DNA of 64,000 bases from Chthoniobacterales bacterium (GTDB taxonomy: Bacteria > Verrucomicrobiota > Verrucomicrobiia > Chthoniobacterales > Chthoniobacteraceae): positions 1-64,000 of the forward strand of contig JBBQZX010000032.1 in assembly GCA_038207335.1 (NCBI GenBank), read 5' to 3'. Positions within the stretch are counted from its first letter, which is position 1. The number at the start of each line of letters is the position of its first letter. The notes beneath the pieces were generated by a model that saw only the letters and a program-made list of their open reading frames with translations, did no database searches and was not told the DNA's origin. The position numbers and the translations under genes were made by a program. Of the stretch, positions 16,737-27,155 are shown in pieces.

Positions 16737-19610
16737 TTAGTTCTTGGGCGGAGGAAAAGCTGCGATGGCCTTGCCGTCTGCGGCGTTCCAGATGCGCAAG
16801 ACGCCGTCCTGTCCACCCGCGATGATGATCTTTCCATCCGCGCTCACCGCCGCGGCATCCATGAAATCGGAGACGTCTGGAAACACGCGGACCTGGTTTC
16901 CATCGGCGGCGAGCAGGCGCACTTTGCTGTCGCCGGAACTCGTCACGAGCGTCGCGCCCGCACCGGCGAAATGCACGGCGGTCACTTCCTTCTCAAAGCC
17001 CTCGATATTCTTTTTGCGGTCGCCGGTCGCGGCGTCCCAGAGCTTCACCTGAGCGTCGGCACCCGCGGTCGCAAGCGTGCGGCCGTCGGGGCTCCAACTC
17101 AACGCGAGCACATGCTGCGTGTGCCCCTCGAACGTACGCGCGAGTTTGCCAGTCGCGACATCGGTGATGCGCGCCATTTTATCGGCGGCGGCGGAGGCGA
17201 GGAAATTTCCGTCGGGTGAAAATTCAAGGCCGAGCACGGCGTCGCTGTGGATGTTAGGAAGGTCGCGCTCAAGTTCGCCGGTCGCCACGTTCCAGAGCTT
17301 GATCTCTCCGCCGCGCGAAGGCTCGCCACCTCCGGTCGCGAGCAGCTTTCCATCCGCGCTGAAGGCCAGCGAGCAGATGCGATCGATAAAGGGCGACTTC
17401 GCTTCGGCGGTGCCGATCGTGCGCTCGAGTTTCCACGCCGGGTTCGCGTCCCGCACCACGACGCCACGATCCTGCGCCGCTGAGATGAGATCGCCGCTGG
17501 GCGCGAAGGCGAGCGCGGTGACGATGGCCTGGTGTCCCGTGAGCACCTCGAACGCCGCGCCATTTTCCGCGTTCCAAGTATGCACGAGTTGGTCGTCGCC
17601 GGTGGTCGCGACGAGGAGATTGTCCGGCGAGAACGCGATGGCGCGGACCGGCTTCTCGGCGTCAGTCACGCCCTTCTTCGCCGCCTGCAAATCCGCATCC
17701 GCCTTCACCCGCGCGGCCTCCGCGATGTCGATCGCGGCCTTCGCGTCAGTAAGCGCAGTGGTGGATTTTTCCGCCTGCGATTTGGAAAGCGTGACTTCCG
17801 TGTCGGCAGCGGCGCGTGATTGCTCGGCGCGTTTTACGTTCGCTTCACCTTCGGTGAGCTTCTTCGCTGCGGGTTCGATCTTGTCCGTCGCGGGTTTGCG
17901 CTGCGCGGTCTGCTGATCGAGCGCGGCCTTCGCCTTCACCGACTCCTGCGCCTTCGCGGCGGCTTCGGCGTTGGCCTTGTCGAATGCCGCCTGATCCTGC
18001 GGCGTGTTCGTCTTCTGCGCTTCGGCGTCGGTCTTCGCCTGCTGAGCGAGTTTTTCGGTGGCCTCGAATGCCTCCGTCGCCGTCTTGATCTCCGCCTCGA
18101 CGGCGGCGAGCGCCGTGTCCGCTGCGGTCTTCGCGTCCTTCGCCTCGGCGAAGGCTTTCTGTTTCGCTTCGAGTCCCTGCTGTTTCACCGGCACCGCATC
18201 GGTCGCTTTCTTCACCGCGTCGTTCGCCGCCGCGACGGCCTTCTCCGCGTTTTGCGCGGCTTCCTTGCAATAGGCGACGTTGCCGGTCGCAATCTGCAAA
18301 CCGCGATCGCGCGCGTCCGCGAACTCGCCAGCGAGCCGGTTGCCCTTCATCTCGGCGAGCGGCTTGCCCGCAGCATCCCAAAGCTTCGAGACATTGTTCG
18401 CACCGGCTGACGCGAGCACTTTTCCATCGCTGCGAACCGCCACCGCGCTGACCGCGCCGCCGTGCGCCATCTGCACCGTCGCCTGCGCTTTCTCGACATC
18501 CCACAAGCGCACTGTGCCGTCCGCGCCGCCTGATAAAAGCAGGGCTTCGCGGGCGGCGAGCGCCGTGACCGCGCCAGCGTGACCGGGCAATTCCTTCACC
18601 GGCGTGAGCGCAGCGGTCCACACACGAATCACACCATCCGCGCCCGCGGACGCGAGCTTGTCGGTGAACCACACAATGGCGTTCACCTCGGCGGGCGTTT
18701 CGACGCGCGCGACTTGCAAACCGTTGCTCCACACCGACACCGACTTGTCCACCGACGCGCACGCGATCTTGGCGCTGTCGGGTGAAAACGTGAGTGCCGT
18801 GATCCCGCCGTTCGCGCCGTGGAAATTCTGCACGACTTTGCCGCCGGGGAATTCGCAGACCTTCACATTTCCATCGTCGCCGCTGGTCGCGAGCCATTTG
18901 CCATCCGGGCTGATCGCGACGCGTGTGCCGGCATCGCTGAGCGCAAGTTTCTGCACGTCGTGCGGGCGACGCCACAGCTTCACCTCGCGATAACCCGCGG
19001 ATGCGAGCAAGGTGCCGTCGGGGCTAAAGGCGAGCGCGTTCACCTGATCGCGATGCGCATTCTCCGTTGCTACGGTGCGGCCCGAGGGCAGGTGGTAGAA
19101 AGAAATCCGGTTCGCCCGTGCGCACGCCGCGAATTGCCCATCCGGTGTGATCGCCGCGGCGAAGATCGCCTGCAATGTTCCCGGCACATCCTGCCAGACG
19201 AGCACGCGCTCCACTTTCGCGGATGGCTTCGCGCCTTGATCGATCCAAAGCTTCAACAGCGCGAGTTGTTCCGGTGTGAGGTCGTGTGCCTTCGCCTTGT
19301 TGTCGCGGGGCGGCATCTTGAGATCGTCATCGAGATGCGCCGCCGCTTGCAGCGCCAGGCTTTCCGCGCCTTTTCCCGCGACAATCGCCGGGCCGGTGTC
19401 GCCGCCCTTGAGCATTAACTCCGGTGTTTCCAAATTCAGTCCGCCCTTGGTCGTGGTCTGGCAATGACAGGCGAGGCAATTGTCGCGCAGAAACGGCCCC
19501 ACCTCGCGCTCGAAATCCACCGGGGTCGCGCGTTCCATCGGCGCAATCGTGATCGGCGCGGCCCCGGCGGCGGCGATGCTCGCGAGGAGTGCGAAAGCGG
19601 CGTGCTTCAT
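16737..19610 (-). CDS. Secreted planctomycete-type cytochrome c domain + WD40 repeat protein with coiled-coil insert
   Basis: Signal peptide, CLACH, LWIDQGA, many AFSPDG...W repeats, Ala/Lys/Glu-rich central segment. Confidence 0.9.
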   Translation of the reverse strand: MKHAAFALLASIAAAGAAPITIAPMERATPVDFEREVGPFLRDNCLACHCQTTTKGGLNLETPELMLKGGDTGPAIVAGKGAESLALQAAAHLDDDLKMPPRDNKAKAHDLTPEQLALLKLWIDQGAKPSAKVERVLVWQDVPGTLQAIFAAAITPDGQFAACARANRISFYHLPSGRTVATENAHRDQVNALAFSPDGTLLASAGYREVKLWRRPHDVQKLALSDAGTRVAISPDGKWLATSGDDGNVKVCEFPGGKVVQNFHGANGGITALTFSPDSAKIACASVDKSVSVWSNGLQVARVETPAEVNAIVWFTDKLASAGADGVIRVWTAALTPVKELPGHAGAVTALAAREALLLSGGADGTVRLWDVEKAQATVQMAHGGAVSAVAVRSDGKVLASAGANNVSKLWDAAGKPLAEMKGNRLAGEFADARDRGLQIATGNVAYCKEAAQNAEKAVAAANDAVKKATDAVPVKQQGLEAKQKAFAEAKDAKTAADTALAAVEAEIKTATEAFEATEKLAQQAKTDAEAQKTNTPQDQAAFDKANAEAAAKAQESVKAKAALDQQTAQRKPATDKIEPAAKKLTEGEANVKRAEQSRAAADTEVTLSKSQAEKSTTALTDAKAAIDIAEAARVKADADLQAAKKGVTDAEKPVRAIAFSPDNLLVATTGDDQLVHTWNAENGAAFEVLTGHQAIVTALAFAPSGDLISAAQDRGVVVRDANPAWKLERTIGTAEAKSPFIDRICSLAFSADGKLLATGGGEPSRGGEIKLWNVATGELERDLPNIHSDAVLGLEFSPDGNFLASAAADKMARITDVATGKLARTFEGHTQHVLALSWSPDGRTLATAGADAQVKLWDAATGDRKKNIEGFEKEVTAVHFAGAGATLVTSSGDSKVRLLAADGNQVRVFPDVSDFMDAAAVSADGKIIIAGGQDGVLRIWNAADGKAIAAFPPPKN

Positions 19611-21736
19611 TTCACACTGATGCGGATCGGCGCTGAGAACAACGTGATCGGAGTTTCCTTGTCGCGGAACTTGCCCTTGGTCTGTGAGCGGAAATGGATG
19701 GTGTAATTACCGGCCGGGATTTTCACCGCAGCCAAGTCGATGCTCGCGGTGGCGGTCGGCGTCTTGCCGTCCACGTCGATTTCCTTGAGCCCTTCAATGG
19801 CGGGCGCGTTGAACGCTTTCAACTTCAACGCCTCCTCGTAGCCGCCGCGCCGCGTGATCTTCAACGGGATGTCGAGCTTCGCCCCGGCGGCGGCCTCCCA
19901 CACTTTATCCTCCGCGGCCTCGACGGAAATCGGCGCATTCTCGACGCCGCTGACCGCCAACTCGAATTCCTGCGCGAGTCGTGCGGACACCGGCTCGTTG
20001 TTATAGTCGGCCACATTCCACGACACGACCGCCGGGCGGGCATCGTGCACGATCTCGGTCTCGCCGACCTTCGCCTTGCCGACGATGCGGATCGGACCGG
20101 CCCAGCGCGCGGCACCTTCGGCGGCGGTGAGTAGCAGCAGCGCGTCGGTCTTTCCGGCGGCGATTTTCGCGGGCGGGCAGGTGACTCCCGCGGGGAGCGC
20201 GTCGCCGCTCAACTCGATGTCGCCCGCGAAGCCATCGCGACGAAACGCGATCACGCGCACCGCTGTCGTTTCGCCGCCGTGGAGAAATGCGGCGCGTGCG
20301 AACGCGGCCCGATCGTCGTCTTTCTTCGGCGGAAGTTCGGCGAGCGCGACGAGGCGGAAATCCGGGGCTTCTTGGTGAATCGAGAGCCGATAAACGCAGC
20401 GCGGATCGCTGCGCGTGTTGCCGAAGAGGTCGCGCACTTGCACGCGATAGACGCCGTCCTCCTTTACCTCGAGGCGCGTCGCGGGATCGTTCGTCGTCGT
20501 GTTGAAATGCGGACCGCCGACGTTGGCATCCGCGCCGTAAACTTCCTGCGCTTCGCCGCCTTCGCGCTGAACGAGCAGGAACGGATTCGTCGGGAGGCCA
20601 AGCCGTTGCGAGAAGACTTCGATCCAAAACACGTCGCCCTTTTTCGCCCCGAAGGTGAATGCATCCACATCGCCTGCAGGGAAGAACTGGCCCGCGACTT
20701 CGCAGGGTACGGCAACCTTCTGCGCCTCGGCGGCTTTGTTGTTCGGTTCGACCTCGGCGATCACCGGCGCGCTCGCGAGGCTGATCAATACAGGATTCGA
20801 CGCGCCCTGTGGCGATTGGAGACGATACGAAAAGGCATCGACTGAGACGGAGGCCGGTGTGGACGCCCCTTCCCCGCGCGGCGGCGGTGCGGCGGGAACA
20901 TCGATCTCGACGTTGAGTTTTTCGAGCGGCTTGCCGTCGGCGTCGGCGATATTCGCGGGCGCACCACCCGGGAGCGCACGACCGAAGATCGTGAACTTCG
21001 CCTTCGCGCCTGCGATGCTGACTGGCGGAAAGATGAAATCCACGCGCGGGGCGCTCGTGAGCGCGAGGCGGTAGAAGAACGACTCCGCGCCGCCGGAGTA
21101 AGTCAGGTCGTTCACGCGCGCGAGAAACGTCCCGTCGGCGGGCGCGGTAAAATCGACGAAGCCATCCCGGCGGCTCGCGGCAAGTTCGCGTCCGCCGGTG
21201 TCGAGGACCGCGACCACCGGGTTCAACTTCGAGTCGATCTCCCGCGCGGCGCATTCAAGAAAAACGCGCTGGCCCTGCTTCGCGGTAAATTTCAAATACT
21301 CCGCCGCCGCGGGATTCACGAAGCCGTTGAAAACGCTGCCAATGGCCACTTCGATCGCGGTCTCTAGCTTGTCGTTCGGCGCGTTATCGACGGCCTCCGG
21401 GAGATCGCCGATGACAAACGTCCGCGGATTCGACACGCCCGACTTTCCGACGACCCGCACATCGTAGCGTCCGACCGGCACCTCGGACGCAATGTGGACC
21501 ACGAATTTTTTCTCCGCCGTTGGTTTCGCGGTAATGCCCGGATGCGAAAAGAGCAATGCATTCGCCTCCTCGAGATCGGCACCGGTAATGGTGACCGAGA
21601 CCTCCGTGCCGATCTTTCCGCCGGGCGGCATGACCGAACTCAGCGAGATGATTGGCAACTCGGCGAGCGCGACCGGGCTCAACAGAAGCGCCATCCATCC
21701 CGCGAACTGAAGGCGGCGCTGGGGTGCCAAGCTCAA
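19607..21736 (-). CDS. Secreted PPC (pre-peptidase C-terminal) domain protein
   Basis: PPGGKIGT N-terminus, EVEPNN, GDVDAFTFGAKKG; TTG start overlapping the upstream stop is assumed. Confidence 0.8.
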   Translation of the reverse strand: MSLAPQRRLQFAGWMALLLSPVALAELPIISLSSVMPPGGKIGTEVSVTITGADLEEANALLFSHPGITAKPTAEKKFVVHIASEVPVGRYDVRVVGKSGVSNPRTFVIGDLPEAVDNAPNDKLETAIEVAIGSVFNGFVNPAAAEYLKFTAKQGQRVFLECAAREIDSKLNPVVAVLDTGGRELAASRRDGFVDFTAPADGTFLARVNDLTYSGGAESFFYRLALTSAPRVDFIFPPVSIAGAKAKFTIFGRALPGGAPANIADADGKPLEKLNVEIDVPAAPPPRGEGASTPASVSVDAFSYRLQSPQGASNPVLISLASAPVIAEVEPNNKAAEAQKVAVPCEVAGQFFPAGDVDAFTFGAKKGDVFWIEVFSQRLGLPTNPFLLVQREGGEAQEVYGADANVGGPHFNTTTNDPATRLEVKEDGVYRVQVRDLFGNTRSDPRCVYRLSIHQEAPDFRLVALAELPPKKDDDRAAFARAAFLHGGETTAVRVIAFRRDGFAGDIELSGDALPAGVTCPPAKIAAGKTDALLLLTAAEGAARWAGPIRIVGKAKVGETEIVHDARPAVVSWNVADYNNEPVSARLAQEFELAVSGVENAPISVEAAEDKVWEAAAGAKLDIPLKITRRGGYEEALKLKAFNAPAIEGLKEIDVDGKTPTATASIDLAAVKIPAGNYTIHFRSQTKGKFRDKETPITLFSAPIRISVK

Positions 21737-24180
21737 TGGTTGAAGAGGAATTCCTTGCTGCTCACGAGCGCCCACACGAGGTCCTCGTAAGCCTGGCGCA
21801 CGGCGGCGGGTTTCTTGGCGGCGTCGGGTTCTTGCGCGAGTTTTTTCGCGATGTGCTGCTTGCAGAATTCGAGTTCGTCTGGCGCGGGAGGGCGGGCGTA
21901 GGCGACGGCGTAAAGATCGCGGAGCTTGTCGTCGTCGCCACGCTTGTCATCGGCGGCGAGGAGCGCGGGACGGCCGGTGGGTGCGGCGAGTTTGTCCTGG
22001 ATATCTTTCGAATTCAGCAGGTGCAGGCACTGCGCGAGGCTGGCTTCCTGCGTGCGCTCGCATTCGCACGCGCTCGAGGATTCGGGGCGGCCAAAGACGG
22101 TGAGGAAATACGAGCCAGCGTTGAAACTGTTATCGGGCAGCGCAACGGCGCGGGTTCCGGCGGGCATGCCGGGAAAAGCGCTTTGAGACCCGGTGAGTTG
22201 ATTTACGGAATCGAATAGCACCTCGGCGTTGAGCCGCTTCGGATAGTAGCGGGAAAAATTTTGCCGGTCGGATTTGTTGAAGTCATTCGGCAGCGCGCTG
22301 AGCTGGTAGGTGCGCGATTGCGTGATGTCGCGGATCAGCGCCTTCATGTCGTAATGGTTTTCCGCGAAGCGATGCGCGAGCGCGTCGAGCAGATCCGGGT
22401 TCGAGGCGGGATTCGTCTCACGCATGTCGTCCTCGGGCTCGACGAGGCCGCGATTGAAAAAGTGCTTCCAATATCGATTCACGAGCGCGCGCGCGAAGAA
22501 CGGATTGTCGGTGCGCGTCATCCAGTCGGCGAGCGCGAGCCGCGGATCATCGTCCGGCGCGAGGTCGAGGATGGCACCACCGAGCCCGGCGGGCTTCACG
22601 GGTTGTTTGGTTTTCTTATCCACCGCCGTCGCTACGCCGCGGCGCGGGAAGAGCGTGTCGGTGCCTTTCCGCCCGACCTGCGAGAAGAACGCCGCGAAGC
22701 TGTAGTAGTCGTGCTGGCTCCACTTTTCGAAGGGATGATGATGGCACTGCGCACACTGCAAGCGCATGCCGAGGAAAAGCTGGGCCGTGTCCTCGAGCTG
22801 CTGCTGCGGCTCCTTCACCTGCCGATACCATGCGACGGGGGGATTGTCGGCGAGGTCGCCGCTGGCGGCGACGACTTCGCGCACCAATTGGTCGTAAGGC
22901 TTGTTCGCCAGCAGGCTGTCGCGAACCCACCCGTGGAAGGCGAAGGTGCCGGGCGCGTCCTTGGCCGCGGTGCGTTTGTTGCGCAGCAGCGCGCTCCATT
23001 TGTTCGCGAAATAATCCGCGTATTCCGGACTCGCGAGCAGCGTGTCGATGAGCTTGTCGCGCTTGGCCGGATCGGTGTCGACGAGGAAACGGCGTGTCTC
23101 CTCGAGCGACGGAAGCTGGCCCGCGATATCGATATTCACCCGGCGGAGAAACGTCGCGTCGTCGCACGGCGCGGACGGCGGCATGCCCATCGCCTTGAGT
23201 TTCGCGAAGACGAGTTCGTCGATGAAATTGCGCGGCACGGGCAGATTCTCGACGGGCGCACCGAGCGGCGCGGTCCCGCGGAAGACCGCAACTTTCCCCT
23301 GATAGCGCACCATCACACCGACATCGCCGGGCTGATCGAACAGCGTCACGCGTCCGTCCTCCTCGACCTTGCCCATGCTCTTGTCGTTCGGCTCGTAGAG
23401 CGCGCTGCGCGTCACATCCTGCACCGCGCCGTCGCTGAAATGTGCGAGCACGACGAGCTGCTGCTCGCCGCCGAGCGCCATCGTGCGCTGCTTCGGCAGG
23501 ACCTCGACGCGTTCGAGTTTCGGATCGCTCTCCGCACCGTAGGGCATGCCCTGCGTGATCCAGCGCTTGATGAGCCGATAATCTTCCGAGTTTGCTTCGA
23601 GCCGCTTGCCGCCGCCATGCGGGACGACGCCGATGGCCTTGAGCAGCAGCAGACTGTTGTCCGGCGCGGACGGGAACACGCGGCGTCCTCGCGCCTCCTT
23701 CACGATGTGCTCGTAATCCTCCATCGGCTCGAAGCCGAGGAGCGAAAGGCGGAATCCGTTTTGCCCGCTCGACTTGCCATGGCATCCACCGGCGTTGCAC
23801 GTGGCCTTGGTGAAAATGGGGACGACTTGGTTCACGAAATTCACCGGCGGATTGCTCGCGACGTTTTCGATTTTCACCTCGATCGTCGCGGCAACGCCAT
23901 CAGCGGTCGCGGCGATCGTCGCGGTGCCGTCAGCGACGGGTGTGACGAGGCCGTTCGCATCCACCGTCACGACGCCCGCGGGTGCGGCGTGATACGCGGA
24001 CTTGTGCGTGAAATCGCGCTCGGCGTTCGTGTCGAGTTTTCCGGTGACGAGCAACTGCTGGCGCGCATCTTTTCCGCGCAGCGTGAGCACCGGCGTTCCG
24101 GTCGCTTCGATTTGCAGGGTCACGAGTTTTTCCGCGTGAGCGGTGGCGACGAGCATGAGGAAGACGAGCCAGTGTTTCAT
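21733..24180 (-). CDS. DUF1549/DUF1553 protein with Ig-like domains
   Basis: CNAGGCHG, DDATFLRR, CAQCHHHP, VNRYWKHFF, EFLFNH C-terminus. Confidence 0.92.
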   Translation of the reverse strand: MKHWLVFLMLVATAHAEKLVTLQIEATGTPVLTLRGKDARQQLLVTGKLDTNAERDFTHKSAYHAAPAGVVTVDANGLVTPVADGTATIAATADGVAATIEVKIENVASNPPVNFVNQVVPIFTKATCNAGGCHGKSSGQNGFRLSLLGFEPMEDYEHIVKEARGRRVFPSAPDNSLLLLKAIGVVPHGGGKRLEANSEDYRLIKRWITQGMPYGAESDPKLERVEVLPKQRTMALGGEQQLVVLAHFSDGAVQDVTRSALYEPNDKSMGKVEEDGRVTLFDQPGDVGVMVRYQGKVAVFRGTAPLGAPVENLPVPRNFIDELVFAKLKAMGMPPSAPCDDATFLRRVNIDIAGQLPSLEETRRFLVDTDPAKRDKLIDTLLASPEYADYFANKWSALLRNKRTAAKDAPGTFAFHGWVRDSLLANKPYDQLVREVVAASGDLADNPPVAWYRQVKEPQQQLEDTAQLFLGMRLQCAQCHHHPFEKWSQHDYYSFAAFFSQVGRKGTDTLFPRRGVATAVDKKTKQPVKPAGLGGAILDLAPDDDPRLALADWMTRTDNPFFARALVNRYWKHFFNRGLVEPEDDMRETNPASNPDLLDALAHRFAENHYDMKALIRDITQSRTYQLSALPNDFNKSDRQNFSRYYPKRLNAEVLFDSVNQLTGSQSAFPGMPAGTRAVALPDNSFNAGSYFLTVFGRPESSSACECERTQEASLAQCLHLLNSKDIQDKLAAPTGRPALLAADDKRGDDDKLRDLYAVAYARPPAPDELEFCKQHIAKKLAQEPDAAKKPAAVRQAYEDLVWALVSSKEFLFNH

Positions 24181-25527
24181 TCAGAGGAGTTCTTTCATGG
24201 GCGACCAACCATCGACGAGATACTGCGGGCGGCCGGAGAAGTCGGGCAGCGTGACGCTCGCGAGGTCGAGGCCGAGCCAGTGGTAGAGCGTGGCGAAGAC
24301 TTCGCCGAAATGCACCGGGCGCTCGCTGACCTCGCCGCCGAGGCGGTCGGTCGCGCCGATGACTTGCCCGGTCTTAAAGCCGCCGCCCGCGAGCACGGCG
24401 CAGCCGACTTGTGGCCAGTGGTCGCGGCCGGCGTCCTTGTTGATCTGTGGCGTGCGGCCAAACTCGCCCCACGCGACAACCGCCACGTCTTGGTCGAGCC
24501 CGCGGGCATGCAAATCCTCGACGAGCGCGCTGAGCCCTTGATCGAAAAGCGGGAGATGGGTGAGTAGTTCGGAGTGGTTGTTCGAGTGGAAATCCCAGCG
24601 TCCAAAATTGATCGTGACGCAGCGCGCACCGGCCTCGACGAGACGGCGGGCGACGAGGAAGTGCTCGTTGTTGCGCGGAGCGCCGTCGCCGTAGTTTTTC
24701 GGATCGCCGTGGCCGTAACGCTCGCGGACTTTCGCGTCCTCTTTGCTCACGTCGAGCGCCTCGACGAGCCGGCTGGAGGTCAGCACGCCGAAGGCCTGCT
24801 GATTGAAAGCGTCGAGCCCGTCCATGAGGCCGCTGTGGTCGGCGTCGCGGCGGAATTTATCGAAGCCTACGAGGAGCGCGCGGCGGTCGGCGAGGCGGTC
24901 GCTGGTCACGCCGTTCAGTGTTAGGTCGCCGACTCCCGCGCCGTTCGGGCGGAACGCCGCGCACGTCGGGCCGAGGAAACCGGGATGACCGGGGGAGCCG
25001 TAGGGCGGATGGCCAGCGTTCGGCGCGAGCCCGATGAACGGCGGCACTTCCCTGCCGCGCTCGACGCAGAGTTTCGTCATGACCGAGCCGATCGACGGCC
25101 AGCCGCCGGGCGGCTGCGGCGCGCCCTTCGCCGTGCGGCCGGTGTAGCAAATGTGGGAATCGTGATCGCCGGTGAGCGAGCCGACCATCGAGCGGATGGG
25201 GACGAGCTTGTCCATGATCCGCGCGCAGTGCGGCATGTGCTCGGAAATCTGGATGCCGGGGACGTTCGTGGAGATCGGCGAGAACGGCCCGCGATATTCC
25301 AGCGGCGCGTCCATTTTCAAATCGAAGATGTCCTGATGTGGCGGCGCTCCCGCCATGTAGATCATGATGACTGCCTTCGGCGATTTGCGGATGCCGGAGA
25401 GCGCTTCGGCGCGGAGGAGCTGCGGCAGGCCGAGCCCGCCCATCGCCAGCCCGCCGATGCGGATGAAGTCGCGCCGCGAAAGGCCGTCGCAAAACCGTCC
25501 GCGGGGCTGGCCTTGGATGGTCAGCAT
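24181..25527 (-). CDS. DUF1501 domain protein
   Basis: [44 protein letters not shown]. Confidence 0.92.
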   Translation of the reverse strand: MLTIQGQPRGRFCDGLSRRDFIRIGGLAMGGLGLPQLLRAEALSGIRKSPKAVIMIYMAGAPPHQDIFDLKMDAPLEYRGPFSPISTNVPGIQISEHMPHCARIMDKLVPIRSMVGSLTGDHDSHICYTGRTAKGAPQPPGGWPSIGSVMTKLCVERGREVPPFIGLAPNAGHPPYGSPGHPGFLGPTCAAFRPNGAGVGDLTLNGVTSDRLADRRALLVGFDKFRRDADHSGLMDGLDAFNQQAFGVLTSSRLVEALDVSKEDAKVRERYGHGDPKNYGDGAPRNNEHFLVARRLVEAGARCVTINFGRWDFHSNNHSELLTHLPLFDQGLSALVEDLHARGLDQDVAVVAWGEFGRTPQINKDAGRDHWPQVGCAVLAGGGFKTGQVIGATDRLGGEVSERPVHFGEVFATLYHWLGLDLASVTLPDFSGRPQYLVDGWSPMKELL

Positions 25528-26871
25528 CTAGGCGAGTTCCTTCATCGGCCCGCAGCCGGGCTCGACGAGAAATTGCGGGCGGCCGGTGAGGTCGTTTATG
25601 GTCGTCTTCGCCACGTCGATGCCAAGGCTTTGGTAAAGAGAAGCAAACACTTCGCCGAAGCGCACAGGCCGCTCGGTAGCCTCTCCGCCGAGGCGATCGG
25701 TCGCGCCGATGACTTGGCCGTGGCGCATCCCGCCGCCGGCGAGAAGCGCGCAGGAGACGCGTGGCCAGTGATCGCGGCCGCCGTCTTTGTTGATCGTCGG
25801 GGTGCGACCAAACTCGCCCCACACGACCACCGACACGTCCTTTTCCAGCCCGCGCTCGCGCAGGTCGGTGAGCAGCGCCGTGAGGCCCTGATCGAGCAGC
25901 GGCAAGTCTTGGCGGAGCGCGCCGAAGTTATCGCCATGATGATCCCAGCGGCTGAACGCCACCGTCACGCAGCGCGCGCCCGCCTCCACGAGCCGCCGCG
26001 CGGCGAGGAAGTGCTCCATCATCTTTGGCCCGCCGTCGTCGCGATTTTTCGGGTCTCCTTTGCCGTAACTGGCGAGCACGCGCGGGTCTTCCTTCGAGAT
26101 GTCCAGCGCGGTGAGCAGCTTGCTGGAGGTGAGCACGCCGAACGCCTGCTCATTGAAAGTGTCGAGCCCGTCCATGACCCCGCTGGCGTCCACTTCGCGG
26201 CGGAAATGATCGAAGCCTGCGAGCAACGAGCGGCGGTCGGCGAGGCGCTCGAGGGTCACGCCGTTGAGCGTCATGTCCTCGGCGGCACCGCCTTTGTTCG
26301 GCTGGAAAGACGCGTGCGCCACGCCGAGAAAACCGGGGTCGCCCGAGCGCGCCCATTCCATGTGGCCCATCTTCGGCGCGAGCCCGACAAAAGGCGGCAC
26401 CGCCGGATCGATCGCGCCTTGCAGCTTCGACAGCGCTGAGCCGAGCGCCGGCCATCCTCCGGGCGCCTGGCCTTTGAAAGTGCGGCCGGTGAGGCATTGG
26501 AAAGCGTCGTGCCCGCCGTCGCAGTCGGCCATGGAGCGGATGAGCGTGCAGCGATCCATCATCTGCGCGAGCCGCGGCAGATGCTCGCAGATTTGGATCC
26601 CGGGGACATTGGTGGAGATGGGCCGGAACTCGCCGCGCACCTCCGTGGGCGCGTCCATTTTGAGATCGAAGATGTCCTGATGCGACGGCCCGCCCGGCAG
26701 GAAAATCATGATCACCGCCTTGTGCGCCCGCTTTTCCCCCGTCTGCGCCTGCGCCCGCAAAATCTGCGGCAGACTCAGCCCGCCCATCGCGAGTCCACCG
26801 ATCCGGAGAAAATTACGCCGCGAAATCCCGTCGCAAAAGCGTCCGTGTGAGTTGCCCGGAATCGTGATCAT
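25528..26871 (-). CDS. DUF1501 domain protein (tandem paralog)
   Basis: [38 protein letters not shown]. Confidence 0.92.
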   Translation of the reverse strand: MITIPGNSHGRFCDGISRRNFLRIGGLAMGGLSLPQILRAQAQTGEKRAHKAVIMIFLPGGPSHQDIFDLKMDAPTEVRGEFRPISTNVPGIQICEHLPRLAQMMDRCTLIRSMADCDGGHDAFQCLTGRTFKGQAPGGWPALGSALSKLQGAIDPAVPPFVGLAPKMGHMEWARSGDPGFLGVAHASFQPNKGGAAEDMTLNGVTLERLADRRSLLAGFDHFRREVDASGVMDGLDTFNEQAFGVLTSSKLLTALDISKEDPRVLASYGKGDPKNRDDGGPKMMEHFLAARRLVEAGARCVTVAFSRWDHHGDNFGALRQDLPLLDQGLTALLTDLRERGLEKDVSVVVWGEFGRTPTINKDGGRDHWPRVSCALLAGGGMRHGQVIGATDRLGGEATERPVRFGEVFASLYQSLGIDVAKTTINDLTGRPQFLVEPGCGPMKELA

Positions 26872-27019
26872 GGGTGGTTTTAAGGGGGTTCGTGGATCGT
26901 GCGCATTGCGACGAGTCGACGGAATCTTGTCGTAAGCCGGACACGCCCGGCATTCTTAGCCTGCATCGCGGAGCACACCCTCGCCGACGTCGTGATGTGG
27001 CCGGATTCGCAGATGGGTC

Positions 27020-27061
27020 GGATTTCGCACATATCAGCCTGGGATGGCCTTCGATTTCCAC
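27020..27061 (+). repeat. 42-bp diverged repeat, copy C
   Basis: GGATTTCGCACATATCAGCCTGGGATGGCCTTCGATTTCCAC. Confidence 0.85.
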
Positions 27062-27155
27062 GCCGAGGAGGGATGAATCCCCGTCCGTGTCACAAACTGT
27101 CGTTCGATCCCGACCCGCGCAACGGCCAGCGGGCTTTTGCGATCAGCTTAGTAGC

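Noticed and set aside
16598..16740. Small ORF MITIHDRG... between the WD40 and DUF1501 genes
   Set aside because: It overlaps the upstream stop but is about 47 codons long with no motif; insufficient support
22261..26439. Long plus-strand ORFs (768 aa, 484 aa) opposite the DUF1549/DUF1501 genes
   Set aside because: Antisense shadows typical of high-GC DNA; the recognisable motifs are on the minus strand
905..27061. Classical integron attC array
   Set aside because: The repeats lack RYYYAAC/GTTRRRY ends and attC palindromy, and I saw no IntI-specific insertion in the integrase
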